Source: an uncultured Ignavibacteriales bacterium
GTDB lineage: Bacteria > Zixibacteria > MSB-5A5 > GN15 > JAAZOE01
DNA: 64,000 nucleotides
Assembly: GCA_964549765.1 (NCBI GenBank)
Contig: CAZJWR010000009.1
Location: 15,442-79,441, forward strand
Direction of reading: 5' to 3'
Part shown: piece by piece, positions 19,539 to 28,988 of the stretch
Numbering within the stretch: position 1 is the stretch's first letter
Layout: every line of letters starts with the position of its first letter
Notes under the pieces: model-generated
Databases searched by the model: none
Told to the model about the DNA's origin: nothing
What the model saw: the letters and a program-made list of their open reading frames with translations, nothing else
Translations under genes and position numbers: made by a program

Positions 19539-22500
19539 ATGAAGAAGTTTGCAGTATTGTTATCAGTAATTCTTCTGCTTCCAGGCTATATTCTCGCCAA
19601 TCAACCGAACATGAAGGTTATCGACCCGCCGGACATACCGTCGTTTCTCGGATATGTTCCGGGCGAACTTATTGTGCAATTTCAATTGCCGAGCGACAAG
19701 GTCAGGGCGGCTACGAGCCGCGACCACACCCTTGCGCTCGGTATCGCATCCCTTGACGATATCGCCGCAAAATACCAGGTGACGAAGATGCGCCAGTTGT
19801 TCCGGGGCGCGCAGCCGGTCGAGAAGAGCGGCAAGCAGTTCGACCTTTCCCGGTATTTTGTAGTGACATTCGACAAGGCCGCCGATTTGGATCTGGTGGC
19901 ATCGGAATATCGCAGCGATCCCAACGTCGTATCGGTCGAGAAAAACGGCATCCATTCCATGTATGCCACGCCAAACGACGGGTATTTCAGTTATCAATGG
20001 TATCATAATCAGGCCAGCGATCATGATATCGATTCCCCCGAAGCCTGGAACCTCGAAACCGGTAACACCGGTATGATAATTGCGCTGCTGGACTCCGGTA
20101 CCCGGTATTATCATCCGGATCTCGGCGGTGCCAACGCCTCGCCGTCCAATCCCGGCGCTTCACGCGGCAACATGTGGATCAACACGGCGGAGCTCAACGG
20201 GTCCTCCGGCTACGATGACGACGGCAACGGGTACGTCGACGACTGGATTGGCTGGGACTTCGTCAACAATGCGTCCAGTTGCTGGAGCGGAGAGGACTGC
20301 ACTACGCCGGATAACGATCCCCGCGATTTCAACGGTCATGGCACGCATACCGCGGGTATTATGGGCATGATGACCAATGATGGGTACGGCATGGCCGGCG
20401 TGGCCGGCGGTTGGGGCAACGGTTCCCAATCGGTGACCGGCAACGGTGTCAAGATAATGCCCTTGCGTATCGGCTATTCCTACAATTATGGCGGCACCGA
20501 ATACGGCGTTGTCTTGATGGACGCGGCGGCATCGGCATTCTATTATGCTGCCGACAACGGCGCGCGGATCGCCTCGTGCAGCTGGGGCTCGTCCAACAGC
20601 GGCGGCATCGGCGCGGCGGTTAGCTATTTCATCGCCTCGGGTGGTATTGTTTTTGTCGCGGCGGGCAACGACGGCGGCCAGACAGCCGATTATCTGAACG
20701 GCCGGGGAGACTGTGTTTCCGTCGCCGCCACGGATGAAAACGATAATGCCGCCAGTTTCACGACTTACGGCACGTGGGTCGATATTTGCGCGCCGGGAAA
20801 TAACATCTACAGCACGTATCACGACCACACCGACCCGAACACCAATTACTGGGCTTCCATGAGCGGCACCTCGATGGCGACGCCGATGGCGGCTGCGGTG
20901 GGCGGATTGATCTGGTCGCATAATATGTCGTGGTCGGCCACGCAGGTCAAGAATCAGCTGTTCAGCAGCGCTGACAATATCGACGCCTATCTCAGCTCAC
21001 AGTATATCGGCAAGATGGGCGCTGGTCGCATCAACGCCTACAACGCCGTCAATACCGGGACGCCAGCTCCGGTGGCCGCCTTCACCGGCTCGCCGACCTC
21101 CGGGTGCGCTCCACTGACCGTGACTTTCACCGACCAATCGACCGGTGATATCACCAGCTGGAGCTGGACGTTCGGCGACGGCGGATCATCTACATCCCAG
21201 AATCCGTCTCATCAGTACACGTCGGCCGGCAATTATACGGTAACTTTGACAGTAACAGGGCCGGGCGGTTCAGACGGGGAGACCAAGACCAACTATATCA
21301 CGGTCAGCGTTCCTCCGACGGCCAATTTCACCGGCAGCCCGACCTCGGGGGATGCGCCGTTGACCGTGAATTTCACCAATCAGTCCAGCGGCGCGACGTC
21401 GTATCTGTGGGATTTCGGTGACACTCAGACCTCGACGGCAACCAATCCGAGCCACACGTACACGTCCACGGGGACGTTCACGGTGACTCTGACGGCCACC
21501 AACGCGTGCGGTTCCGATCAGAATGTGAAGACTAATTACATCACGGTGACCTGCACACCGCCGGTCGCCAATTTCACGGGAAGTCCGACTTCGGGGAATG
21601 CGCCGTTGACAGTGAATTTCACCGATCAATCGACGGGCGCGACGTCATGGTCGTGGGATTTCGGTGACGGCATCGGGACCTCGACGGCACAGAACCCAAG
21701 CTATACCTACAATTCGCCGGGAACTTATACCGTATCGCTGACCGCGACCAATTCCTGCGGAAACGATACGAACATCAAGACGAACTATGTCACCGTCAAC
21801 GAAGCCGGCGGCTATGCCTCGCTGCCGTATTCGACCGGTTTCGAAGCGGGGACGTTCGATCAATATTGGACAACTCAATCCAGCGGGGACGGCCGCATTC
21901 GTTTGCTGACGACCAACACGCCGCATTCGGGATCATATCATATGATCATGGATAACGCCGTGAGCGGGACCTATAGCCAGAACGAAGCATGGTTACATCT
22001 GAACCTGGCCGGCAAGAGCGACGTCGAGCTGACGTTCTGGTGGAAGGAATTCAGCGATGAGGATCATACTCAGGACGGTGTTTTCCTCTCCAGCAACGGC
22101 GGATCCAGCTTTACCAAGGTTTACAGCCTAATAGGGGGAACGTCTACGTACCAGCAGATTGTTCTCGACGTTGATGCCCTCGCTGCCAGCTATGGCTTGA
22201 GTCTGACCAGCACCTTCGTGATCAAATTCCAGCAGTACGATAACTATCCGATCACGACCGACGGCATGGCCTTCGACGACATCAGCGTCATATCACTCGA
22301 AGCCCCGCCGGTAGCTGACTTCTCGGGCGATCCGACCTCGGGGACGGCTCCGCTGACGGTCGATTTCACGGATCTGTCGACCAATAATCCGACGAGTTGG
22401 AGTTGGGATTTCGGCGATGGAACCGGGACATCGACGGCCCAAAACCCGTCCTATACCTATACCTCGGCGGGTTCGTACACGGTGACGTTGACGGCCACGA

Positions 22501-23366
22501 ATGCCTATGGTTCCGATCAGGAAGTCAAGACCAACTACATCACGGTCAATCCGCCTGGGGCCTGGACGACCATCACATATGACGATTTCGAAAGCGGAAC
22601 CGGCCATTACACCGACGGTGGCGCGGATTGCTACTGGTATACCGGATATACGTATGCTTGGGAAGGAAGCTGCGCCATGGACATCCAGGACAACAGCGGC
22701 GTGGCGTCGTCTTTCTATCACACCGCCAGTTACAACGTTTCCGGCTACACGGAGATGGAAGTCGAATTCTATTTTGTTGCCATCAGCATGGAATCCGGCG
22801 AGGACTTCTGGGTACAATACTACAACGGTTCCTCCTGGCAGACGGTGGCGACCTTTGCTCGCGGTGCCGATTTCAACAACAATGCCTGGTATGTCGCCAC
22901 GGTGACGATTTCCAGCAGTCTGTACAATTTCCCAACCAACGCCAAGCTCCGCTTCTTGTGCGACGCCAGCGGGAATTCCGACGACGTGTACATCGATGCC
23001 ATTACATGGCAGGGAATGAGTGGCACGGCGTCGATGCGGGACATTGCCACGCTGAGCAAGCTGGGAAGAGAAACGGCGGTCATACCTGATGAATTCTCTC
23101 TGTCCCAAAATCATCCCAATCCGTTCAACCCGACGACCGCAATCAGCTTTGCGCTGCCCGAGGCGACCCATATTGAGATCGCTGTCTTCAATATCGTCGG
23201 ACAGCGGATCGCGACTTTGGCCGAGTCCGATTATCCGGCGGGCGAGCACACGGTCATGTGGGACGGCCGGGATGATAACGGTCGCACGGTTAGTTCCGGT
23301 GTCTATTTCTACCAGATCAAAGCCGGTGATTTCATCGCTTCCAAGAAAATGGTGTTGATGAAGTAA
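19539..23366 (+). CDS. Secreted subtilisin-family (S8) peptidase with four PKD domains and a T9SS C-terminal sorting domain
   Basis: Signal peptide. S8 triad contexts LLDSGTRYYHPDL (Asp), HGTHTAGIMG (His) and SGTSMATPMAAAVGG (Ser). Four PKD repeats. C-terminal NHPNPFNPTTAISF...GVYFYQIKAGDFIASKKMVLMK. Confidence 0.9.
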   Translation: MKKFAVLLSVILLLPGYILANQPNMKVIDPPDIPSFLGYVPGELIVQFQLPSDKVRAATSRDHTLALGIASLDDIAAKYQVTKMRQLFRGAQPVEKSGKQFDLSRYFVVTFDKAADLDLVASEYRSDPNVVSVEKNGIHSMYATPNDGYFSYQWYHNQASDHDIDSPEAWNLETGNTGMIIALLDSGTRYYHPDLGGANASPSNPGASRGNMWINTAELNGSSGYDDDGNGYVDDWIGWDFVNNASSCWSGEDCTTPDNDPRDFNGHGTHTAGIMGMMTNDGYGMAGVAGGWGNGSQSVTGNGVKIMPLRIGYSYNYGGTEYGVVLMDAAASAFYYAADNGARIASCSWGSSNSGGIGAAVSYFIASGGIVFVAAGNDGGQTADYLNGRGDCVSVAATDENDNAASFTTYGTWVDICAPGNNIYSTYHDHTDPNTNYWASMSGTSMATPMAAAVGGLIWSHNMSWSATQVKNQLFSSADNIDAYLSSQYIGKMGAGRINAYNAVNTGTPAPVAAFTGSPTSGCAPLTVTFTDQSTGDITSWSWTFGDGGSSTSQNPSHQYTSAGNYTVTLTVTGPGGSDGETKTNYITVSVPPTANFTGSPTSGDAPLTVNFTNQSSGATSYLWDFGDTQTSTATNPSHTYTSTGTFTVTLTATNACGSDQNVKTNYITVTCTPPVANFTGSPTSGNAPLTVNFTDQSTGATSWSWDFGDGIGTSTAQNPSYTYNSPGTYTVSLTATNSCGNDTNIKTNYVTVNEAGGYASLPYSTGFEAGTFDQYWTTQSSGDGRIRLLTTNTPHSGSYHMIMDNAVSGTYSQNEAWLHLNLAGKSDVELTFWWKEFSDEDHTQDGVFLSSNGGSSFTKVYSLIGGTSTYQQIVLDVDALAASYGLSLTSTFVIKFQQYDNYPITTDGMAFDDISVISLEAPPVADFSGDPTSGTAPLTVDFTDLSTNNPTSWSWDFGDGTGTSTAQNPSYTYTSAGSYTVTLTATNAYGSDQEVKTNYITVNPPGAWTTITYDDFESGTGHYTDGGADCYWYTGYTYAWEGSCAMDIQDNSGVASSFYHTASYNVSGYTEMEVEFYFVAISMESGEDFWVQYYNGSSWQTVATFARGADFNNNAWYVATVTISSSLYNFPTNAKLRFLCDASGNSDDVYIDAITWQGMSGTASMRDIATLSKLGRETAVIPDEFSLSQNHPNPFNPTTAISFALPEATHIEIAVFNIVGQRIATLAESDYPAGEHTVMWDGRDDNGRTVSSGVYFYQIKAGDFIASKKMVLMK
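21063..21800 (+). repeat. Three in-frame tandem 246-nt repeats encoding PKD domains; a fourth, dispersed copy lies at 22302-22553
   Basis: Units start at 21063, 21309 and 21555, exactly 246 nt apart. Each encodes FTGSPTSGxAPLTVxFTxQSxG...W(D/T)FGD...NPSHxYTSxGxYTVTLT.... Confidence 0.85.
23094..23363 (+). other. T9SS/FlgD-Ig-like C-terminal sorting domain (copy 1 of 3 in window)
   Basis: FSLSQNHPNPFNPTTAISFALPEATHIEIAVFNIVGQRIATL...GEHTVMWDGRDDNGRTVSSGVYFYQIKAGDFIASKKMVLMK. Confidence 0.8.
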
Positions 23367-23389
23367 CCGCAGATATTTATGATCTAAAA

Positions 23390-23420
23390 GGGCGGGCGGC
23401 GATTGCCCGCCCTTTTTATT
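23390..23420 (+). terminator. Rho-independent terminator after the S8/PKD gene
   Basis: Perfect 8-bp GC stem GGGCGGGC/GCCCGCCC (23390-23397 and 23405-23412), a 7-nt loop, then TTTTTATTT. Confidence 0.85.
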
Positions 23421-23521
23421 TGGGATAACCGCATAAACCTTGCACTGCGGAAATCGGTTGGTTACATTATCGTCAAGGACATGTCGGATATTCCTCTCAT
23501 AGATATTTTATGTAGGTGGCC

Positions 23522-24157
23522 ATGGATCTTCGAAAACAAATGGATCAAATTTATCGCGACTTTTCGCCGGACGCGATCCCCTGGAATATCCTCGATCCGC
23601 CGCAACTGCTTGTTGACGCTGTTGACTCCGGCAAGATCACGGCCTGTACGGCGGTCGATTTGGGGTGCGGCGCGGGTAACTATGCCGTTTGGCTCGCCGG
23701 TCGGGGATTCGACATGACCGGTCTCGATTTCTGCCGATATGCAATCGAACGGGCGCGGGAATTGGCCGATCGGGAGAAAATCGCCTGCCGTTTCGAGGTC
23801 GCGGATTTGCTGGGTGACCTGCACGAATATCAATCCCGATTCGATTTTGTTTACGATTGGGAGCTTATGCACCATATTGTTCCGGACGACCGCCCCACCT
23901 ATCTCGATACTGTCCGCCGATTGCTTCGACCCGGAGGAAAGTATTTCTCGGTGAGTTTCAGCGAGCAAGATCCCGCCTTCGGAGGTCAGGGCAAGTATCG
24001 CACGACACGGTTGGGGACGGTGCTGTATTTTTCATCGCAGTCGGAGCTGAAGAATTTATATATTCCCCGTTTTCATTTGCTGTCACTTGACACCATGGAA
24101 ATTCCCGGCAAGCGCGGTTCTCACATCGCCAATGTCGTTTGGCTGGAGGGTCGATAA
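23522..24157 (+). CDS. Class I SAM-dependent methyltransferase
   Basis: Motif I AVDLGCGAGNYAVWLAGRG and the post-I acidic residue context (GLDF). Confidence 0.8.
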   Translation: MDLRKQMDQIYRDFSPDAIPWNILDPPQLLVDAVDSGKITACTAVDLGCGAGNYAVWLAGRGFDMTGLDFCRYAIERARELADREKIACRFEVADLLGDLHEYQSRFDFVYDWELMHHIVPDDRPTYLDTVRRLLRPGGKYFSVSFSEQDPAFGGQGKYRTTRLGTVLYFSSQSELKNLYIPRFHLLSLDTMEIPGKRGSHIANVVWLEGR

Positions 24158-24392
24158 TGTCTGCGGATCATGCTCGCGCCGCATGCAATTCGATCACAAT
24201 TATCTGCGATCCAAATCGATAGAAGTCTCGTTTTTCGCCGATTCGGGAAGAAATAGATGAAATTGTCGCATTTCTGTATTGACTAGAACGTCTTTTTTTG
24301 TATCGTGGAGACATTAACAACATGGCCTGAGGGCTTAACGGAGTGTAGTTCTCTTGCCGACACCTGTGGCACTTTAACTGAACGAGAGACCG

Positions 24393-25895
24393 ATGCATAT
24401 TGTCAGTATCTCCCGCGGCAGTCAAAGTCTCGGTATCGAATTCGCCAAACATCTTTCAGGAAAACTCGGATATGAATTGATCAGTCGGGAGGATCTGCTC
24501 GAAGAGGCGACCCGGCAACGGATTCCGGTGGGGAAGTTGGAGACCGCGATAGTCAAGCCGCATATTTATTCACAACGACTGGCGGTCGAACTGGAACATT
24601 ACAAAGCCCTGGCGACGTCCATCTTGTGCGAAAAGGCGCTCGATCACGACATTGTCTACCACGGCCGGACCGGCCACCTGTTACTTCCGGGCGTCGATAA
24701 TATCCTCAAGATACGTGTCGTGAGCGACATGGAGCACCGTATCGCGACCGTCATGGATCAGTTGCGTTTGCCGAGGAAAAAGGCCAAGCAGTACATTGAC
24801 GCCGTGGAGGAAGACCGGCGGAAATGGGTCAAGAAATTCTATAATGTCGACTGGGATGTGTTTACGCTCTATGACCTGGTCGTCAATCTCAGCCAGATCA
24901 ACGCCGCCAACGCCGCCTCCGCTACGTGCACCATGGCCCAGCTTCCCGAATTCCAATCGACGCCGGCCTCCGTCGCCGCTCTTAAGGATCTCCTGCTGGC
25001 GTCGCGGGCGCGCCTGATCCTGGCCCGGAATGAGAAGACCCGGGACGCCAACGTGAAAATCATGGCCGTCAAAGGCGTCGTCAACGTAACCTATTCCTTC
25101 CAGCAGGCGGAGATAGCCGAGGCCATCATGGAAGCATTAAAGGAGTTGACCGAGGCCAAACGGGTCGTCTGCACCGAGGCGCAAACCAATGTCCTTTGGA
25201 TACAGGAGGCCTTCGATCCGGACGAGCGCGGCTATGATCAGGTCCTGTCGCTGGCGAAAACATGGGATGCGGCGGTGGAAATTCTCAAGATGATGCCCGG
25301 CGACGAGTTCAAACGATACCCGGTCAGCGAGGAAATCGCCCAGAAGGGACTGGATTCGTGGCGTCAGACCGGAATCATCGACGAGCGGGACGAATACGAC
25401 ACCCGGGACCCCGAGGATGTCTCGAAAATCTACGAACGGCTGATCAATGACGGGCGGGCCGGGGGCAAGCGGATTATCGAAGGTACGCAGCAGAATCTGC
25501 TCAATGCCATTGACCGTTCCGGGAAATATCGTCTTATCGTTTTCGACAATATGTTTCTGGGCAAGGGGACGGAAGCCAGAACGCGGATGATTCAGGAATG
25601 GTCGAACGCGCTCTCGGACTCGCTGAAAACGCCGGTGGTGTCATTGGGCGAAATCCAGGCCAAATATCGGTTCGGGGCGTCGCAGGCGGTGCGGATGATC
25701 ATCGCCGGTCTGCTGGCCGTCGCCGTTCTTTTCACGGTATTTCAATTCGACGATACGATCATGGAATTTCTTTTGCGTGAAGGCACATTCAGCCGAATTC
25801 TGGCGACGACCTGTATCCTGGTTTTTATTCCGGTTTTCGCATATATCTATAGTACGGCGACCGGTTTGTTCTTGCGGATGATAAAGCTCGATTAA
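24393..25895 (+). CDS. Cytidylate-kinase-like family protein (degenerate P-loop), long form with two C-terminal TM helices
   Basis: N-terminus IVSISRGSQSLGIEFAKHLSGKLGYELISREDLL and core YHGRTGHLLL...LKIRVVSDMEHRIATVM...RRKWVKKFYNVDWDVFTLYDLVVNL match the cytidylate-kinase-like (Cytidylate_kin2) pattern. C-terminal helices are IIAGLLAVAVLFTVF and ILATTCILVFIPVFAYIY. Confidence 0.7.
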   Translation: MHIVSISRGSQSLGIEFAKHLSGKLGYELISREDLLEEATRQRIPVGKLETAIVKPHIYSQRLAVELEHYKALATSILCEKALDHDIVYHGRTGHLLLPGVDNILKIRVVSDMEHRIATVMDQLRLPRKKAKQYIDAVEEDRRKWVKKFYNVDWDVFTLYDLVVNLSQINAANAASATCTMAQLPEFQSTPASVAALKDLLLASRARLILARNEKTRDANVKIMAVKGVVNVTYSFQQAEIAEAIMEALKELTEAKRVVCTEAQTNVLWIQEAFDPDERGYDQVLSLAKTWDAAVEILKMMPGDEFKRYPVSEEIAQKGLDSWRQTGIIDERDEYDTRDPEDVSKIYERLINDGRAGGKRIIEGTQQNLLNAIDRSGKYRLIVFDNMFLGKGTEARTRMIQEWSNALSDSLKTPVVSLGEIQAKYRFGASQAVRMIIAGLLAVAVLFTVFQFDDTIMEFLLREGTFSRILATTCILVFIPVFAYIYSTATGLFLRMIKLD

Positions 25896-25913
25896 CGGCA
25901 ACGGGGAGTGATC

Positions 25914-26984
25914 ATGGGTGATTTGTTCATACATATAACAGCAGGCAGCGCGGTTCAAGTGATAATCCTCGGATTCATCGGCGGCGTCCTGAGTGGATTC
26001 ATCGGCAGCGGCGGGGCATTTTTCATGACGCCGGGCATGATGAACCTGGGGGTTCAGGGTGTGGTCGCCGTCGGCACGAACATAACCCACAAATTCGGCA
26101 AGGCGCTGGTGGGATCGAAGAAACACGGCGAAATGGGTCATGTCGACAAGAAGCTGGGTATCTTCATGTTGATCACGGCACTGATCGGTATCCGGCTGGC
26201 GGTTTGGATCGCCACGGCCTTGTTCGGCATCAGCGATACCCACGGGGATAAGGGCGCGGCCGCCAACCTCTACATCAGCGCCGTTTTCGTCATCATCCTG
26301 ACCGGTGTGGCCATTTCGGTCTTGATGGATGTCCTGCGTTCGCGGAAGGGAAGCGACGCCGGCCCGTCACGCAAAATAACCAATTACCTGTCTAAACTCC
26401 GTCTCTTTCCCATGATCTATTTCCCGGTCGCCGACGTCCGGGTGTCGCTGTGGGCGCTGCTCGTGGTCGGGCTGTTTACCGGATACCTGGCGGGCACCAT
26501 CGGGGTCGGCGGATTTGTGGGCGTCCCGGCCATGATCTATGTCTTTGGCATACCGACCGCCGTGGCCACCGGCACGGAGTTGTTTCTCGCCATGTTCATG
26601 GGGGCGTTCGGGGCGATCAACTACGCCTTCGAGGGGTTTGTCGATATCCGGCTGGTCGTGCTGTTATACCTCGGTTCGCTGGTCGGCATTTTCATCGGGG
26701 CTTACGGTACCAAGGTCGTCAACGAAGTCATCATCAGGATGGTGACGGGCGTTATAATTCTCCTGTGTGTCGTCAGCCGGGCCATCGCCATCCCGATTTA
26801 TATGGCGCAATTGGAAATGATCGATTTCGTGCCGGCGTCATCGTACCCGATGCTGAACGAAATCAGCAAATATTTTCTCTATGTCAGCGGTATCGGCGGC
26901 GTTCTAGTCATCCTGGTGCATGTGGCACGGGCCTATATCAAACGGCGGAGGGTGTTTGCCACCATTGTAGCCAAAACCGATTAA
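25914..26984 (+). CDS. TauE/SafE (TSUP) family anion/sulfite-type exporter permease
   Basis: Duplicated 4-TM halves carrying GGVLSGFIGSGGAFFMTP and GYLAGTIGVGGFVGVPAMIY motifs. Confidence 0.85.
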   Translation: MGDLFIHITAGSAVQVIILGFIGGVLSGFIGSGGAFFMTPGMMNLGVQGVVAVGTNITHKFGKALVGSKKHGEMGHVDKKLGIFMLITALIGIRLAVWIATALFGISDTHGDKGAAANLYISAVFVIILTGVAISVLMDVLRSRKGSDAGPSRKITNYLSKLRLFPMIYFPVADVRVSLWALLVVGLFTGYLAGTIGVGGFVGVPAMIYVFGIPTAVATGTELFLAMFMGAFGAINYAFEGFVDIRLVVLLYLGSLVGIFIGAYGTKVVNEVIIRMVTGVIILLCVVSRAIAIPIYMAQLEMIDFVPASSYPMLNEISKYFLYVSGIGGVLVILVHVARAYIKRRRVFATIVAKTD

Positions 26985-27007
26985 CGCAAGTATGGGAGAG
27001 TTGCCCT

Positions 27008-27385
27008 ATGGGTAAATCCAGTCTGGATATCTGCATTATCGACGACGAGATCGTGGTCTGCAAACGGCTTCAGCAGTTTCTGAGCAAGGCCAATCATGCC
27101 GTGGAAACGTTCGTCGACAGCCGGTCGGCGATCGAACGGATCGACGAGAAGCGATTCGATATCGTCGTCACCGACATCCGTATGGATAATATCGACGGTA
27201 TGGAGGTGCTCGATCATGTGATGAAAAAAGGGGAAGACACCAAGGTCATCATGATCACCGGCTACGCCACCATCGAGATCGCCCGCGAAGCTCAGGCAAA
27301 AGGCGCCTTCGATTTCATCTCCAAACCGTTCAGGCCCCAGGACCTGAAAGAAGTTATCGACCGGGCCGCCCAGGAAACCGGGTAA
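27008..27385 (+). CDS. Stand-alone response-regulator receiver domain protein (CheY-like)
   Basis: ICIIDDE...DIVVTDIRMDNIDGMEV...VIMITGYATIE...GAFDFISKPF. Only the last 125 codons of ORF 26450..27385 are used, because the rest overlaps the TauE gene. Confidence 0.85.
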   Translation: MGKSSLDICIIDDEIVVCKRLQQFLSKANHAVETFVDSRSAIERIDEKRFDIVVTDIRMDNIDGMEVLDHVMKKGEDTKVIMITGYATIEIAREAQAKGAFDFISKPFRPQDLKEVIDRAAQETG

Positions 27386-27386
27386 T

Positions 27387-28940
27387 ATGGGAAAAAACGG
27401 GGCCAAAAGAACATCCTTAACGGATATTCTTCAGGATGGCCTATCGCGCGAGGCGGGGCACGGTTCCGCCGCCGAAGAAGCCACCATCAAACAATCACTC
27501 CTCGAACGTCCGCGTTTTTCGATCAAGGCACGCTTGACGCTGATGTTTTTCGTCTTTTTTCTCATCAGCGCCGTCGTCTCGGTGGCGGCCATGTTCATGC
27601 TGTCGATGATCAACGACCGGGTGCGGTTTGTGTCGTTGGCGGATAAATTCGCCAACGAAATCCAGTCGGTGCGGCGCAGCGAAAAAAACTATTTTCTCTA
27701 TGGTTCCGACCTGACCGAGGTCCGGCAGCATCTTGACAGCGCCTACGTGATTCTGGATCAGGCCGCGCTTGAATTGGGTCATGTCGTCGGGCGGGCCGAG
27801 ATCAGCAGTCTCCGGGATTATCTGACAAGCTATCAGCGCCTGGTCGACACTTTTCTAGTGTTGGGGGGAGGCGCGGGATTTAAGGAATCGGCCGAATTCC
27901 AGCAGAAGGCGCAATCGCTTCGAGGATACGGTTCCAAGCTTCTGGAGCTGTCGCTGGATATATCGCGCAAGGAACGGCTGCTGATTTCGAACACCATCGG
28001 CAAGGCCAAACAGGTGCAGATCGCGCTGCTGGTCGTCCTCCTGGCCTTTTCCGTATTCATCGCATCGTATATTTCACGGCACATCATTTCCCGTCTCGGT
28101 CGATTGATGGAGGCCACGCAGCATTTCGCCAGCGGGAATTTTCTGCCGATCACGCCGAGGCGAAAATATAAGGACGAATTTTCGCATCTGGCCATCGCGC
28201 TCAATCATATGATGTTCGAGCTGGATCGCCGCCAGAATATCCTCGTCGAGACGCACAAACTTCGCGCCATCGGCAATCTCACGGCCGGCATCGCGCATGA
28301 ACTCAACAATCCGCTGAACAATATCATCCTCACCTCGGAAATGATGAAAGACGGTTATCAGGATTGGACCGATGAAGAGATCCGTGACATGATCAACGAC
28401 CTGGTGACGCAGGGTCAGCGCGCCCAGCAGGTGGTTAAGAATCTTCTCGATTTCGCGCGCGAGAGCGAAACAACGATGGAATATCTTTACATCGACAAGC
28501 TGATCGACGAAACCATTCGGCTGTCGCGGAACCAGATCAAGATCAGCAAGATTGAAATCCGCGAGGAAATCGCCGATAATCTGCCGCCGATTTACGGCGA
28601 CCGGAAATTGCTCATTCAAGTTTTCCTCAATCTTCTCCTAAACGCCATCGACGCGATGCCGAACGGTGGAGTCGTGACGGTCCGGGTGGAGGAGGAGAAA
28701 AAGACGGGCTTTTTATCGATTCACATTTCCGATACAGGCGTCGGCATCCCGAGCCATATTCTCAGCTCCATCTTTACACCGTTCTTCACGACCAAACCGA
28801 CCGGCAGAGGCACCGGGCTGGGTCTGGCCGTATCCAAGGGGATCATTGAAAAACACGGGGGAAGTATCGAGGTAGAAAGCAGGGTGGGGGAGGGAACGAC
28901 CTTTACGGTTCACCTGCCGATTGTCCCGATTCCTGCGTAG
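27387..28940 (+). CDS. Sensor histidine kinase (two TM, HAMP, HisKA, HATPase_c)
   Basis: H-box GIAHELNNPLNNI, N-box LLNAIDAM, G1 DTGVGIP and G2 GTGLGLAVSKGIIEKHGG. The start lies 1 nt after the receiver gene stop. Confidence 0.9.
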   Translation: MGKNGAKRTSLTDILQDGLSREAGHGSAAEEATIKQSLLERPRFSIKARLTLMFFVFFLISAVVSVAAMFMLSMINDRVRFVSLADKFANEIQSVRRSEKNYFLYGSDLTEVRQHLDSAYVILDQAALELGHVVGRAEISSLRDYLTSYQRLVDTFLVLGGGAGFKESAEFQQKAQSLRGYGSKLLELSLDISRKERLLISNTIGKAKQVQIALLVVLLAFSVFIASYISRHIISRLGRLMEATQHFASGNFLPITPRRKYKDEFSHLAIALNHMMFELDRRQNILVETHKLRAIGNLTAGIAHELNNPLNNIILTSEMMKDGYQDWTDEEIRDMINDLVTQGQRAQQVVKNLLDFARESETTMEYLYIDKLIDETIRLSRNQIKISKIEIREEIADNLPPIYGDRKLLIQVFLNLLLNAIDAMPNGGVVTVRVEEEKKTGFLSIHISDTGVGIPSHILSSIFTPFFTTKPTGRGTGLGLAVSKGIIEKHGGSIEVESRVGEGTTFTVHLPIVPIPA

Positions 28941-28988
28941 ATAACCTTGAATTATGAATAAACACCGACGGGCGTTCGAGCCGGACGG

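Noticed and set aside
21063-22553. Regularly spaced ~246-nt repeats that might be mistaken for a CRISPR-like or satellite array
   Set aside because: The repeats are in frame, encode PKD domains of one continuous S8 protease ORF, and the unit is far longer than a CRISPR repeat plus spacer. No CRISPR array was seen anywhere in the window.
24367-24382. Sigma-54-like motif TGGCAC-TTTAA-CTGAA just upstream of the first cytidylate-kinase-like gene
   Set aside because: The -12 element lacks the GC dinucleotide, the site sits only about 10 nt from the ATG, and no activator gene is adjacent.
26450-27007. N-terminal 186 codons of ORF 26450..27385
   Set aside because: This part overlaps the TauE/SafE gene out of frame and has Arg/Gly-rich composition. 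Only the receiver domain from ATG 27008 is credible.
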